DNA of 64,000 nucleotides from a virus (IMGVR_UViG_3300020049_016248); one strand, 5' to 3'. Numbered from the stretch's first letter, positions 9,142-18,420 are shown. Made by a program: numbers and translations. The notes: generated from the letters alone by a model not told the origin.

Positions 9142-10668
9142 ATGTTCATTGGTTATATCGTCAACGACTTTCACCCTTGTTTGAAAACAATCAGTGAAAG
9201 TGAAATTGGAAAATATACAAACGATAAACCTATTTTAATTGTAGGTTTCGATAAAGCTTATGAGCTTTACCCTTCAATAACTCTTGAAAGCAAAGTTATT
9301 GACTCTTCTAAACAAATATTTTACTCCTTTTCTTTTCAAGAAGCTGAAGACAAGTATAAAGAAAATTTAAGAAATTTTTTAAATCATTGTTTTCAACTTT
9401 TCATTAATTCCTATAAAGTTATTCCTATTGTAGATGTTTCAGAGTTTAAACATTTGAAAGGGGAAGTTTTCTACTATGAAACTGCAACACTTATTACAGT
9501 TACTACCAGTAATAAGATTTACTACTTCAACAAAGAAATAATTACTTTCTTAAACCCTGATAGTTTAGATTTACTTTTAGATAAGTTGCAAGGTGCAAAT
9601 ATTATTTCTTGGGAAAAGTTTACTTTTATTCAAAGTTATTTAAAAGCTAATAATTGTTACAAGTCTAAAGAACAGATTAGATTAGAATATGCTAATGTTG
9701 GAGATGTCGATTTGTATCTAGGGGCAATGTGTTTAGATAGTTTGGTTAATTTGAATTTAGCAAACAAGTCAATAGATACTTGGCAACGAGCATATGAAAT
9801 TGAAACTTATTTATCTTCAATTAGAATTAAAGTTAACGAAGAGCTTTTGAAAAACTTAGCTTCTGATGAAGAGAACACTGTTGCACAAAGTATTTACAGT
9901 AACTTGAACAAAGGTTACATTGTTCAAAGATATAACGGGACAGACAAGATAACAGGTAGAATTTTTGCAACTAAGTCTGGTTTTTCAGTTCAAACGTTAA
10001 CATCGAATATGAAAAACATTATAGTAGCAGAAAAAGACTGTCTATTAGTAGAGTTTGATTATCAATATTTTGAATACACATTACTATCACAATTATGTAA
10101 GTTTACTCTTGCAGTAGACCCTCATCTAGCTTTATCTCAATTGTTATTTAGTGATACTGCTCATAGAGCAATCGGAAAAGAAATTAACTACAGTTTATTG
10201 TATGGTAAGTCTATAAACACCTTGTTAAAGGATTTATATAAACAGTTTGAAATTCATATCCCTGAACAAGAGTTAAAAGATAAATTGTTAGAGGTGATCA
10301 AACCTATGGAAGAATTAAAACAACGTTTAATTCAAGAGTTTGAATCAAACAAGTTTATATTAAATTACTTTAATAGAAACATTACCCCAGATAAAAGTTA
10401 TAATTGTTTAAATAATTACATTCAATCAACAGCAACTGACTTTTTTATCATTAAGCTTTTGAAAATAAAAAAACTGTTAAGTAAATATTCCTCTTTAAAT
10501 CAAATCGTATTACAAAATCACGATTCAGTTTTATTAAACTTAACAGTTAGTGAAATTGAATCAACAGATTTAGTGAAAGAAATTTTTGCTATTCTAAGAG
10601 AAGAAGAAAATAGTCTAGTAGCAGAGGTAGACATGAAATATGGGAATAGTTGGGGTAATTTAAAGTAA
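9142..10668 (+). CDS. family A (Pol I-like) DNA polymerase, polymerase domain only (no exonuclease domain in this ORF)
   Basis: Motif A LLVEFDYQYFEYTLLSQL (DYSQIELR-like), motif B RAIGKEINYSLLYGKS (RRxAKxxNFGxxYG) and motif C LQNHDSVLL (VHDE) appear in the correct order and spacing. Confidence 0.65.
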   Translation: MFIGYIVNDFHPCLKTISESEIGKYTNDKPILIVGFDKAYELYPSITLESKVIDSSKQIFYSFSFQEAEDKYKENLRNFLNHCFQLFINSYKVIPIVDVSEFKHLKGEVFYYETATLITVTTSNKIYYFNKEIITFLNPDSLDLLLDKLQGANIISWEKFTFIQSYLKANNCYKSKEQIRLEYANVGDVDLYLGAMCLDSLVNLNLANKSIDTWQRAYEIETYLSSIRIKVNEELLKNLASDEENTVAQSIYSNLNKGYIVQRYNGTDKITGRIFATKSGFSVQTLTSNMKNIIVAEKDCLLVEFDYQYFEYTLLSQLCKFTLAVDPHLALSQLLFSDTAHRAIGKEINYSLLYGKSINTLLKDLYKQFEIHIPEQELKDKLLEVIKPMEELKQRLIQEFESNKFILNYFNRNITPDKSYNCLNNYIQSTATDFFIIKLLKIKKLLSKYSSLNQIVLQNHDSVLLNLTVSEIESTDLVKEIFAILREEENSLVAEVDMKYGNSWGNLK

Positions 10669-10702
10669 ATAAAACAATTTTAATAAAACTTAACTATCAA
10701 AC

Positions 10703-11494
10703 ATGGACTTAAATAAAGAAATTTACTTAACTAAACAAGAGTTTTCTTTCACTAGAGAAGAAAATATTTTATTAAACCTATTTATTGACTACCCTCAAGT
10801 TCTTAATATCTTAACAAGGCATAAAGCTTTTATTGTAGGTGGTGCACTTACTTCTGTATTTTCCAATACTAAAATAAACGACTTAGATATATATTTTTTA
10901 TCTGAAGAAGACTTAATACAATGTGAAAAAGAGTTGCTTAATATAAGTAGAAGTAAGTTTCAAACTAAAAATGCAACTACCTTTTTACACTTGATAAATG
11001 TTCCTTTACAAATAATAAAAAAAATAATCAAACCAACTGTTGAAGATATATTTGATGAGTTTGATTTTACAGTTTGCATGGCAAGTTATAGTTTTGAGAA
11101 AAGAGAATTTATCTTCCACTATGACTTCTTTAAACATCTTGCACAAAGAGAATTAACTTTCAACACTAATAGTAAAAACCCAGTTCATGCTTTATTAAGA
11201 GTTGAAAAATATAAATCACGTGGTTTTACTTTCAAACAAAAAGAATTATTTAAAGTAATTGGTAATATTGTTGCTATGAAAATTAATACTAATGAAGAAA
11301 TGGCTTCTTTATTAGAAGGTATGTATGGAGAGAGTACAAAAGAAATTGTTAAAGCTTTAAGAACTCCTACTTTAGATAAAGAAAATTTTGATTTAAGTAA
11401 ATTTTTACAAATATTAGATGATTCATACAATCATGGGTCAATTGCACTCGCAAAGAGTTCTACAATTACTCCTCTTGACGATCTTCCTTTCTAG
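10703..11494 (+). CDS. hypothetical protein, possible nucleotidyltransferase-fold protein
   Basis: FIVGGALTSVFSNTKINDLDIYF resembles the G[GS]...DxD motif of the Pol-beta-like NTase superfamily. Weak. Confidence 0.35.
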   Translation: MDLNKEIYLTKQEFSFTREENILLNLFIDYPQVLNILTRHKAFIVGGALTSVFSNTKINDLDIYFLSEEDLIQCEKELLNISRSKFQTKNATTFLHLINVPLQIIKKIIKPTVEDIFDEFDFTVCMASYSFEKREFIFHYDFFKHLAQRELTFNTNSKNPVHALLRVEKYKSRGFTFKQKELFKVIGNIVAMKINTNEEMASLLEGMYGESTKEIVKALRTPTLDKENFDLSKFLQILDDSYNHGSIALAKSSTITPLDDLPF

Positions 11495-11596
11495 TCACCA
11501 AGGGTATCTATAGATATTTTAATTTTAGTTTTTAGTTGAATAGAATTTATATAATTTGAGGGTGTTAAAAAAATAAACAACCAAATAATATAACGT

Positions 11597-12769
11597 ATGA
11601 CAAAAACAGTAACAAAACCAAAAGACCCTAAAACAGTAGTATTTTCAGGTGTTTTTATGAAACTTGCCGACATGAAAGGTGAAAAGAAATTAATCATCTC
11701 ACCTCAGCAAGAGCCTTTATCTCCAACAGAAGCAATTGTTAAACCAGAAATTCAAGCTCAATTTAATAGCTCTGAATGGTATCAAGGTGATTTACTTCAA
11801 ACTGATGAAGGTTTCACTCCAACAGGAACATTGAAAGCTTTAAAAACAAAACCATCTCAAGATGATTTGAAAGCTGTTCGTTCTCGTGTTGAAGCTGCTT
11901 ATTCTGAAATTGCTGCTTTAAAAACTGCATGGGAAGATTACAAGCAATATGAATTTAAAATTGCATCTGGTATTGCAGAAGTTCCAGCAGGGTTAGAAAT
12001 TGACGACAAAGTATGGAACTTGATTTGTACGTCTGCAAAAATTGACAAATACATTCTTTTATTAGGACCTAAAGGTTGTGGTAAAACAGAAACTGCTAAA
12101 CAATTAGCTGCTGCAACAGGTATGGAACTTGTATCTTTCAATATGGGAGCTGCATTTAAACCAAAACAAATGTTTGCTGGAATGTTACAAGCAGAAAACG
12201 GTGACACTGTGTTTATCGAATCTGAATTCTTGAAAGCTTTCCAATCAGAAACACCAACATTAATTTTCTTGGATGAGTTAACTCGTACTCCACAAGTAGC
12301 TACAAACTATTTGATGACAATCCTTGACCGTAACCAATCTTATATTTACATTGAAGAATTAGGTAAACGTGTTTACCGTGGTTCAGGTGTAAGATTTATC
12401 TGCGCTGGTAACGTAGGGTCACAATATACAGATACACGTACAATTGACGGTGCATTCTGGGATCGTTTTATTAAATTGCCAGTGGATTACTTGTCACAAG
12501 CAAAAGAAGAAAAACTTGTTATGTCTCGTGCACCAAAAGCTAATCCAAAAGCAGTAAAAACTTTGATTGACCGTGCAAAGAAAACTCGCGAAGCTGAAAA
12601 ATCTGGTAAATTAAGTTCAGCAATTTCAACACGTCAGTTGATTGATATGGCTCACTACCTTGAATTAGGGTTTACAGTTGAAGAAGTTTTTGAAAACATT
12701 TTCTTAAATAACTTCATCAATGGAAACAATGATGAGCGTTCAGAAATCAAGGCAATCTGCCAATCATAG
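11597..12769 (+). CDS. cobS: CobS-like MoxR-family AAA+ ATPase
   Basis: Walker A LLLGPKGCGKTETAKQLA, Walker B LIFLDELTR, sensor region. Paired with a downstream vWA protein as in CobS/CobT and CbbQ/CbbO. Confidence 0.8.
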   Translation: MTKTVTKPKDPKTVVFSGVFMKLADMKGEKKLIISPQQEPLSPTEAIVKPEIQAQFNSSEWYQGDLLQTDEGFTPTGTLKALKTKPSQDDLKAVRSRVEAAYSEIAALKTAWEDYKQYEFKIASGIAEVPAGLEIDDKVWNLICTSAKIDKYILLLGPKGCGKTETAKQLAAATGMELVSFNMGAAFKPKQMFAGMLQAENGDTVFIESEFLKAFQSETPTLIFLDELTRTPQVATNYLMTILDRNQSYIYIEELGKRVYRGSGVRFICAGNVGSQYTDTRTIDGAFWDRFIKLPVDYLSQAKEEKLVMSRAPKANPKAVKTLIDRAKKTREAEKSGKLSSAISTRQLIDMAHYLELGFTVEEVFENIFLNNFINGNNDERSEIKAICQS

Positions 12770-12795
12770 TTACCAAGTATTACATTGAAATGTAT

Positions 12796-12827
12796 AAAGC
12801 CGCTAGGTTGTTTACTTTAGCGGCTTT
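12796..12827 (+). terminator. hairpin (aaagccgcta / tagcggcttt) between cobS and cobT, overlapping promoter-like motif copy 1
   Basis: 10-bp perfect inverted repeat with an 11-12 nt loop; the downstream T-run is weak. Confidence 0.35.
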
Positions 12828-12835
12828 ATCTTTAG
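12810..12835 (+). promoter_or_regulatory. promoter-like bipartite motif GTTTAC-N11-TATCTTTAG (copy 1)
   Basis: Exact match to a motif repeated 6 times in the window; ATG at 12860. Confidence 0.5.
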
Positions 12836-12859
12836 TTAAATTTAAAAATCAATACTCAT

Positions 12860-14839
12860 ATGAAAAAAATAGGTTCAGCATCAGGTCCTTCTAAGGCTTC
12901 AAAACATTTAGGAAAAAAAATGTTTTCTCGTGATAAAAAACTTGAAGATAAAAAAATTACTAAACCTTTAGAAGAGGTACATCCAGATGAGAAATTTTAT
13001 AACGTTGACAAAAACGAATTAGAAGAAGTAATGTCTTCTAAAAACCGTACGTCAAGTTACTGGTTGCCAGAAACAGATATTCCTGATTACTTTGTGTTAC
13101 AACGTATGATGAAAAACATTAATACTGTTTGTGGTTTTATCACTGGAAAAGCATTGAGAGTTAATTTCTCTGAGATTGATGGTCCAAGTCATGCAGATTT
13201 TGCTGGTGAAGAAATTACTATTTCTATCGGCTCATTATATGACTACCGTATTCCTTTCCATATGAGATTGAATATTGTTTTAGCTTTAGGTATTCATGAA
13301 TCTTGGCATGTAAAATATACTACTCCTGCTATGGAGAGAATGTTAGTGCAAAATGGTTTAACAAAAAGTAAAATTTCTCGTTTTGGATTTGGTAAAACTC
13401 AAAAAGTTGCAGACTTTAGCCAAAGTGGTAAACTTTTCAAACATAACTTCCAAACATTTTTAGCAAATTGTGTTGAAGATAGACGTATTGAACATTTAGG
13501 GTTAATTGATTACCCTGGGTATGTTTACTACATGGAAGAGTTTCGTAAATACGGGTTGTGGTGTAACATTAATGCTTTGTTAAACCCTGTAACTAAACCA
13601 GATTGGAATAACCCAGACCATTTTTATGGTGCATTAACACAATACATTGCATTTAAAAATGTAGCTCCAGAAATCTTACCAGTATTTGCTTCTTATGGAC
13701 CGAATACAAAAGAATTCAAAGCTTTAACAGATAAAGTAGATGCAATTTGTAAAGACGTTCCATTAACTTACGATGACACAATGTCACAGTCTTTAGAATT
13801 GTTGAAATTGTATCCTGACGAGCAAAAAAACAAACAAGCTAAGGAAAAAAATTGTAACGGAGATGGTAACGGTAAAAATCAAGGACCACAAATGGCAGAA
13901 GGAACTGCTGCTGATGGTAAAACTGTAAAACCAAGTAAAGACGAAAAAGAAGCAATTGGTGACATAAAAGACGATAATCAACCTTATGCTACTTCTGAGC
14001 AAAAAGATATTAAAATTGAAGATCGTTTTGACAAACATGACCAATACAGCCACGTTCATATTGAACCTGCAGCAGAAGGTCGTTTTGACCAAGCTGTTTT
14101 TGACCAAGCAAGTGAAATTGCTCGTCAAATTAGCAAAAATTTATCTTTCTTAGATTCACGTTTCAATCGTGTAACAGAAGCTTTTGAAATGAGAAATGGT
14201 GAATTGGATGAGGATGCAATCTTTGGTTTAAAATTCAACAAGGATATTTTCTACGAAGAAGAAGAAGCTCCAGGTTACTCAATGGATTTTGGAATCTTGA
14301 TTGATGAGTCTGGTTCAATGCACGGTAGCAAAATTCGTGATGCTAAAATTGCTGCATTAGCTTTAGCAATTGCTTTGAAAGATAACCAACATATTAACTT
14401 GTTTGTTTACGGTCACACTGCAAATACAGGAGGTCACCCAATTACAATGTACAAATACTTTGACCAATTAGAAAAAGGTTGCCAAGATATTTCAACATTG
14501 TTTTCAGTAGAAGCAAGATCTAACAATGCAGATGGTTATGCAATTTCTGCAATGGGAGATATCTTAAACAAAGGTAAATCAAGACAAAAAGTTTTAATTG
14601 TTGCATCTGACGGTCAACCACACGCATCAGGTTACGGTGGAAGACAAGCTAACCAACATACTGCTCAAATGGTTCAAAAACTTGAAATGCAAGGAATGTT
14701 TGTTTGTCAAATTGCAATGGAAAACTTTAACTCTGCTGAAATGTTTACAAACTTTGTTCCTTATGACAAAAACAGCTTAGGAGTTAACTTGAAAAAAGTG
14801 TTGTTAAAAAAATTAGTAGAAATCTCAAACTTAGTATAA
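12860..14839 (+). CDS. cobT: CobT-like von Willebrand factor A (vWA) domain protein with N-terminal HExxH-containing region
   Basis: C-terminal MIDAS motif LIDESGSMHG (DxSxS) followed by IVASDGQP. HESWH motif near aa 150. Immediately downstream of the MoxR AAA+ gene. Confidence 0.75.
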   Translation: MKKIGSASGPSKASKHLGKKMFSRDKKLEDKKITKPLEEVHPDEKFYNVDKNELEEVMSSKNRTSSYWLPETDIPDYFVLQRMMKNINTVCGFITGKALRVNFSEIDGPSHADFAGEEITISIGSLYDYRIPFHMRLNIVLALGIHESWHVKYTTPAMERMLVQNGLTKSKISRFGFGKTQKVADFSQSGKLFKHNFQTFLANCVEDRRIEHLGLIDYPGYVYYMEEFRKYGLWCNINALLNPVTKPDWNNPDHFYGALTQYIAFKNVAPEILPVFASYGPNTKEFKALTDKVDAICKDVPLTYDDTMSQSLELLKLYPDEQKNKQAKEKNCNGDGNGKNQGPQMAEGTAADGKTVKPSKDEKEAIGDIKDDNQPYATSEQKDIKIEDRFDKHDQYSHVHIEPAAEGRFDQAVFDQASEIARQISKNLSFLDSRFNRVTEAFEMRNGELDEDAIFGLKFNKDIFYEEEEAPGYSMDFGILIDESGSMHGSKIRDAKIAALALAIALKDNQHINLFVYGHTANTGGHPITMYKYFDQLEKGCQDISTLFSVEARSNNADGYAISAMGDILNKGKSRQKVLIVASDGQPHASGYGGRQANQHTAQMVQKLEMQGMFVCQIAMENFNSAEMFTNFVPYDKNSLGVNLKKVLLKKLVEISNLV

Positions 14840-15477
14840 TGGCTGAAAAAAAAGAAGACGGTAAAGGGAGAAAACTTCCCTTTACTATCAAATACGAAAT
14901 CGAAGAAACTGCAGATGGTGCAGATGTAAACTTTAAGCTTGAAAACAGCGAAGAAGATCGTTTGTTTGCTTACATGGTTACTTTATGGGACCTTAGTCAA
15001 TTACTTGACAGAGCAATGGATGATAAACGTATTCCAACAGAAGTAAAAGCAGATTTCTTAACAGCTGCTAAGATTTTGAAAGATATGACCCAGGCTTGTA
15101 AAATGAAAGTAGAAGAAAAGCTTAAAATGGGAACTGAAACAACTATCATGGAAAGATTACAAAAACTTTTCAAAGATGTAGCAGGTGACATGAATGAAGA
15201 AAATCCTTTCAAAGATTTAAAAGACCTAGGTAAAGATGGAATGAAACCATCTAAGGTAGTCATCGGTGGAGATGTTCCAGAAGAAATTCGACAACAACTT
15301 GAGGATGCTCTCAAAGCACAATTCGGTGAAGATATTGACATCGGTAACATGTCAAAAAAAGAAACTGAAGAACTTATCAGTAAACGAAAATCAAAAGGTG
15401 AAAAGTCTGACGATGAAGTTGACTTTGATGATTTAGATAAAAAATCAAATAAAGATTCATCTGATATTGATATGTAA
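14839..15477 (+). CDS. highly acidic hypothetical protein
   Basis: 212 aa, D/E-rich throughout, with a C-terminal DDEVDFDDLD run. Confidence 0.5.
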   Translation: MAEKKEDGKGRKLPFTIKYEIEETADGADVNFKLENSEEDRLFAYMVTLWDLSQLLDRAMDDKRIPTEVKADFLTAAKILKDMTQACKMKVEEKLKMGTETTIMERLQKLFKDVAGDMNEENPFKDLKDLGKDGMKPSKVVIGGDVPEEIRQQLEDALKAQFGEDIDIGNMSKKETEELISKRKSKGEKSDDEVDFDDLDKKSNKDSSDIDM

Positions 15478-15604
15478 AAAATAACTGAAACTGTAACAAT
15501 TAAAAAAGTATTATGTAGAGTTACAGGGTTGAGGACCGAATAGGGGGGCTACATCTTCAGGAATCGGCTTAGACCTGTTATAGTTTCAGTTTAATTTTAA
15601 AGTT

Positions 15605-15985
15605 ATGAATTTACAAATTTATGCCAAAGGGACTAAGTTAAGGTTAACAAAAGATTGGAATTTCCAATGTCATAAAGATGGTTATGGGCTTATGCCTTAC
15701 TCACCTACAAATAGTTATACTTTACAAGCAGGTACAATCTTATCAATTCATGATATTGATATTCGAGGTAATTGCAAAGTTCCAAGGTCAGTTTGTTTTC
15801 TTATCCCTAAAAAAGGTTGTCCTAGTGATGATTTTTACGAAAGTCAAACTTTTCATGTTGACTTCAATCAATTAGATAATTTAGAGTTTGAGTTAAATTC
15901 AAAAGCTGACTTAAAGTTAAATTCAATCAAGTTGAAAGATATGATAAGTTCAATCAATGAAGAGTTAAACGTTAAAGAAAAATAA
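15605..15985 (+). CDS. hypothetical protein
   Basis: 126-aa ORF. Confidence 0.45.
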   Translation: MNLQIYAKGTKLRLTKDWNFQCHKDGYGLMPYSPTNSYTLQAGTILSIHDIDIRGNCKVPRSVCFLIPKKGCPSDDFYESQTFHVDFNQLDNLEFELNSKADLKLNSIKLKDMISSINEELNVKEK

Positions 15986-15986
15986 A

Positions 15987-16376
15987 ATGAACTTAGAAAG
16001 TATTATCCTTTTTATAAGTATTGTTGTTATACATTTTATTGCTGATTTCATTTTCCAGGATGAGAAATGGGCAGTAGGAAAAAGTCATTCTATAAAACTA
16101 TTAACTTTACATGTTAGTATGTATACAACTGTATGGTTTATGTTTTGTAACTTTTACTGCTATGCAACAGGGAATTATATGATATATTTTTTAGTTCCGA
16201 TAACTTTTGTTTCACATTGGTTAACAGATTACTTTACTTCTAAAGTCACAAGTCGTTTATATGCTGAAAAGAAATTCGGCTCATCTATACCTAATTTAAG
16301 TTTCTTTACAATGATTGGATTTGACCAAGTGTTACATTATATTCAATTATTCTTAACTTTTTATTTTTTAAGTTAG
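15987..16376 (+). CDS. hypothetical membrane protein
   Basis: 129 aa with 3-4 hydrophobic helices. Confidence 0.45.
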   Translation: MNLESIILFISIVVIHFIADFIFQDEKWAVGKSHSIKLLTLHVSMYTTVWFMFCNFYCYATGNYMIYFLVPITFVSHWLTDYFTSKVTSRLYAEKKFGSSIPNLSFFTMIGFDQVLHYIQLFLTFYFLS

Positions 16377-16421
16377 TTTGTAGTTTACAAGGTTTAAAGT
16401 ATCTTAAGGTAAAATTAAAAT

Positions 16422-16700
16422 ATGAAAATCACTACAATCATATCACAAATTGATATCTTATTAGAAGCTTTAAAACAAACACAAACAGTTTATAAGGTTT
16501 CTTACAAAGAACAAGTAGATATCTCTTGTTTAAAACTATTTTTAGACCTCTCTTTACTTAATTTAGATTTACTTTATTCTCTGCAAGAGAAATGTAAAGA
16601 ATTAGGTATTGAAGCTGAAATAACTATCCCAACTCACATTGATGGTGTCGCGGTAAAAGATTTACCTGTTGACAAGCAATGTTTAACAATTCATTTTTAA
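16422..16700 (+). CDS. hypothetical protein
   Basis: 92-aa ORF. Confidence 0.4.
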   Translation: MKITTIISQIDILLEALKQTQTVYKVSYKEQVDISCLKLFLDLSLLNLDLLYSLQEKCKELGIEAEITIPTHIDGVAVKDLPVDKQCLTIHF

Positions 16701-16948
16701 TATGGTTGAAAGAACTAAAACTTTAAGTTCTCGTGAACAGAAAGCACAGAGATTGAAAGAACAAGTATTAAAAACTGAACAAAGTTTAAACGCACTTATA
16801 TACTTATATGAAAAGCGTTACCTATATATTACAACAGTAAGTAAGTAAATAATTGTTTTAATTTATTTTATTTCCTACTTTTACATTAAGCATTAACAGG
16901 TATGCTTAATAATACTCCCTGTTTATAAATCTTATTATTTATTAATTA

Positions 16949-17473
16949 ATGAAAGAAGTAAGATTATGTGCTAATCAAGAGTGTGGTAAAGAGTTCACTG
17001 TTTGGTCTTCACAAAAGAAGAGATATTGTTGTAGAAAGTGCACAATGACTTTAGAAAGGCGAGAGTCAATAAGACAAGAGAAAACTGGAAAACCAAACCC
17101 CAAAGTATCAATTGCACTGAAAAATTCTATTTCAGCTAAAAAATATCAATTTAAAAAGGGAAAAGACAATCCAGCATTTGGACGAAATCAAACAGGTGAA
17201 GCAAATCACAATTGGAAAGGTGGAAAAACAAATAAGAATCAAAAATTAAGAAATAGTCCACAGTATAAAATTTGGCGACAAGCTTGTATGGAACGAGATC
17301 ACTTTCAATGTACTGATTGTGGTGCAAAGGGATATTTACAAGTACATCATATAAAAGAGGTCTCTAACTACCCTGAACTTATTTGGGAACTTGATAACGG
17401 AAAAACAGTTTGCGTGTCGTGTCACGAAAAAATACACGGAAGATTTATAGGAAAATTTAAACAACAAAAATAA
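16949..17473 (+). CDS. HNH homing endonuclease with N-terminal Cys-rich zinc-finger region
   Basis: C-terminal VHHIKEVSNYPELIWELDNGKTVCVSCHEKIH is an HNH motif; CxxC pairs at the N-terminus. Confidence 0.75.
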   Translation: MKEVRLCANQECGKEFTVWSSQKKRYCCRKCTMTLERRESIRQEKTGKPNPKVSIALKNSISAKKYQFKKGKDNPAFGRNQTGEANHNWKGGKTNKNQKLRNSPQYKIWRQACMERDHFQCTDCGAKGYLQVHHIKEVSNYPELIWELDNGKTVCVSCHEKIHGRFIGKFKQQK

Positions 17474-18366
17474 TGGAAAATAAAAAAAAATATGCCTGTA
17501 TAAGTTTATCAGGTGGGATGGACTCTTCTACTTTACTTCTTAAATTGTTAGTTGAAGGTTATAATGTTACTGCTTTATCTTTTAATTACGGTCAAAAACA
17601 CTCTGTAGAATTAGAAAGAGCAACTGAATTAGTGAAATATATTAAATCAGATTCAAAAGGGGCTGGAAAAAGACAATCTGGAACTTTAACTCATCAAATT
17701 ATTAAACTAGATGGTTTAGGACAATTGTTAAATTCAACTTTAGTTGAAGGTGGTTCAGATGTTCCAGAAGGGCATTATGCTGAAGAAAATATGAAAGACA
17801 CGGTTGTGCCAAATCGTAATAAAATATTTTCTTCAATTATTCAAGCAGTTGCTTTATCTATAGCAGAACAAAATAATACTGAATGCGCTATTGCTATGGG
17901 TATTCATGCTGGTGATCATGCTATCTACCCTGATTGTAGACAAGAGTTTAGAGATGCAGATTTTGAAGCTTTCAAACAAGGTAATTGGGGGTCTGAAAAA
18001 GTAATCATCTATACTCCTTATCTTCATACTGATAAATTCGGTATTTTAGAAGATGGGTTAGTTTGTTGTGAAAAGTTAAGTTTAGATTTTAACGAAATAT
18101 ATAAACGTACTAATACAAGTTATAAGCCAATTTTTATCAGAGAAGTTTCTAAACAAACAATAGACGATAAAGACTATTACACCCCTGAAAGTAATGGTAA
18201 ATGGTATTCAGATTATAAGTCAGCAAGTTCGGTAGAACGAATAGAAGCATTTATTAAATTAGGTAAACAAGACCCAGTTGAATATGCTGATGAAACAGGA
18301 CCTGTTTCATGGGAAACAGCAAAAGCTTATGTAGAGAAAGTTCTCGCTGAACATAGTAATAAATAG
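17473..18366 (+). CDS. queC: QueC-like PP-loop ATPase (7-cyano-7-deazaguanine synthase homolog) with divergent C-terminal extension
   Basis: SLSGGMDSST (SGGxDS PP-loop), LSFNYGQKH (FDYGQRH), VPNRNKIF (VPGRNILF) and YPDCRQEF (YPDCRDEF) align with E. coli QueC. The canonical C-terminal Zn-binding CxxC cluster is not evident. Confidence 0.75.
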   Translation: MENKKKYACISLSGGMDSSTLLLKLLVEGYNVTALSFNYGQKHSVELERATELVKYIKSDSKGAGKRQSGTLTHQIIKLDGLGQLLNSTLVEGGSDVPEGHYAEENMKDTVVPNRNKIFSSIIQAVALSIAEQNNTECAIAMGIHAGDHAIYPDCRQEFRDADFEAFKQGNWGSEKVIIYTPYLHTDKFGILEDGLVCCEKLSLDFNEIYKRTNTSYKPIFIREVSKQTIDDKDYYTPESNGKWYSDYKSASSVERIEAFIKLGKQDPVEYADETGPVSWETAKAYVEKVLAEHSNK

Positions 18367-18385
18367 TTAAATTATTTTAAATTAA

Positions 18386-18420
18386 GAACCTACGCTACGC
18401 GTAGGTTCTCCTTGTTTTTA
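18386..18420 (+). terminator. rho-independent terminator-like hairpin (gaacctacgc / gcgtaggttc) followed by a T-rich tract
   Basis: Perfect 10-bp stem with a 3-nt loop, then tccttgttttta. Confidence 0.6.

Noticed and set aside
11185-11430. Antisense ORFs 11185..11430, 11491..11697, 11938..12207, 13793..14128, 14997..15350, 21519..21716, 23589..23849, 23860..24090, 25392..25589, 26803..27027, 31710..31916, 33580..33816, 35408..35617, 35840..36064, 38318..38500, 41704..42051, 41799..42044, 47282..47473, 54981..55193, 55160..55354, 55828..56025, 56497..56754
   Set aside because: All lie antisense within or across stronger + strand CDSs, several of which have recognisable domains. No independent support.
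14598-14780. Nested same-strand alternative-frame ORFs (14598..14780 in cobT, 15678..15875, 32562..32753)
   Set aside because: Out-of-frame inside longer ORFs that carry conserved motifs.
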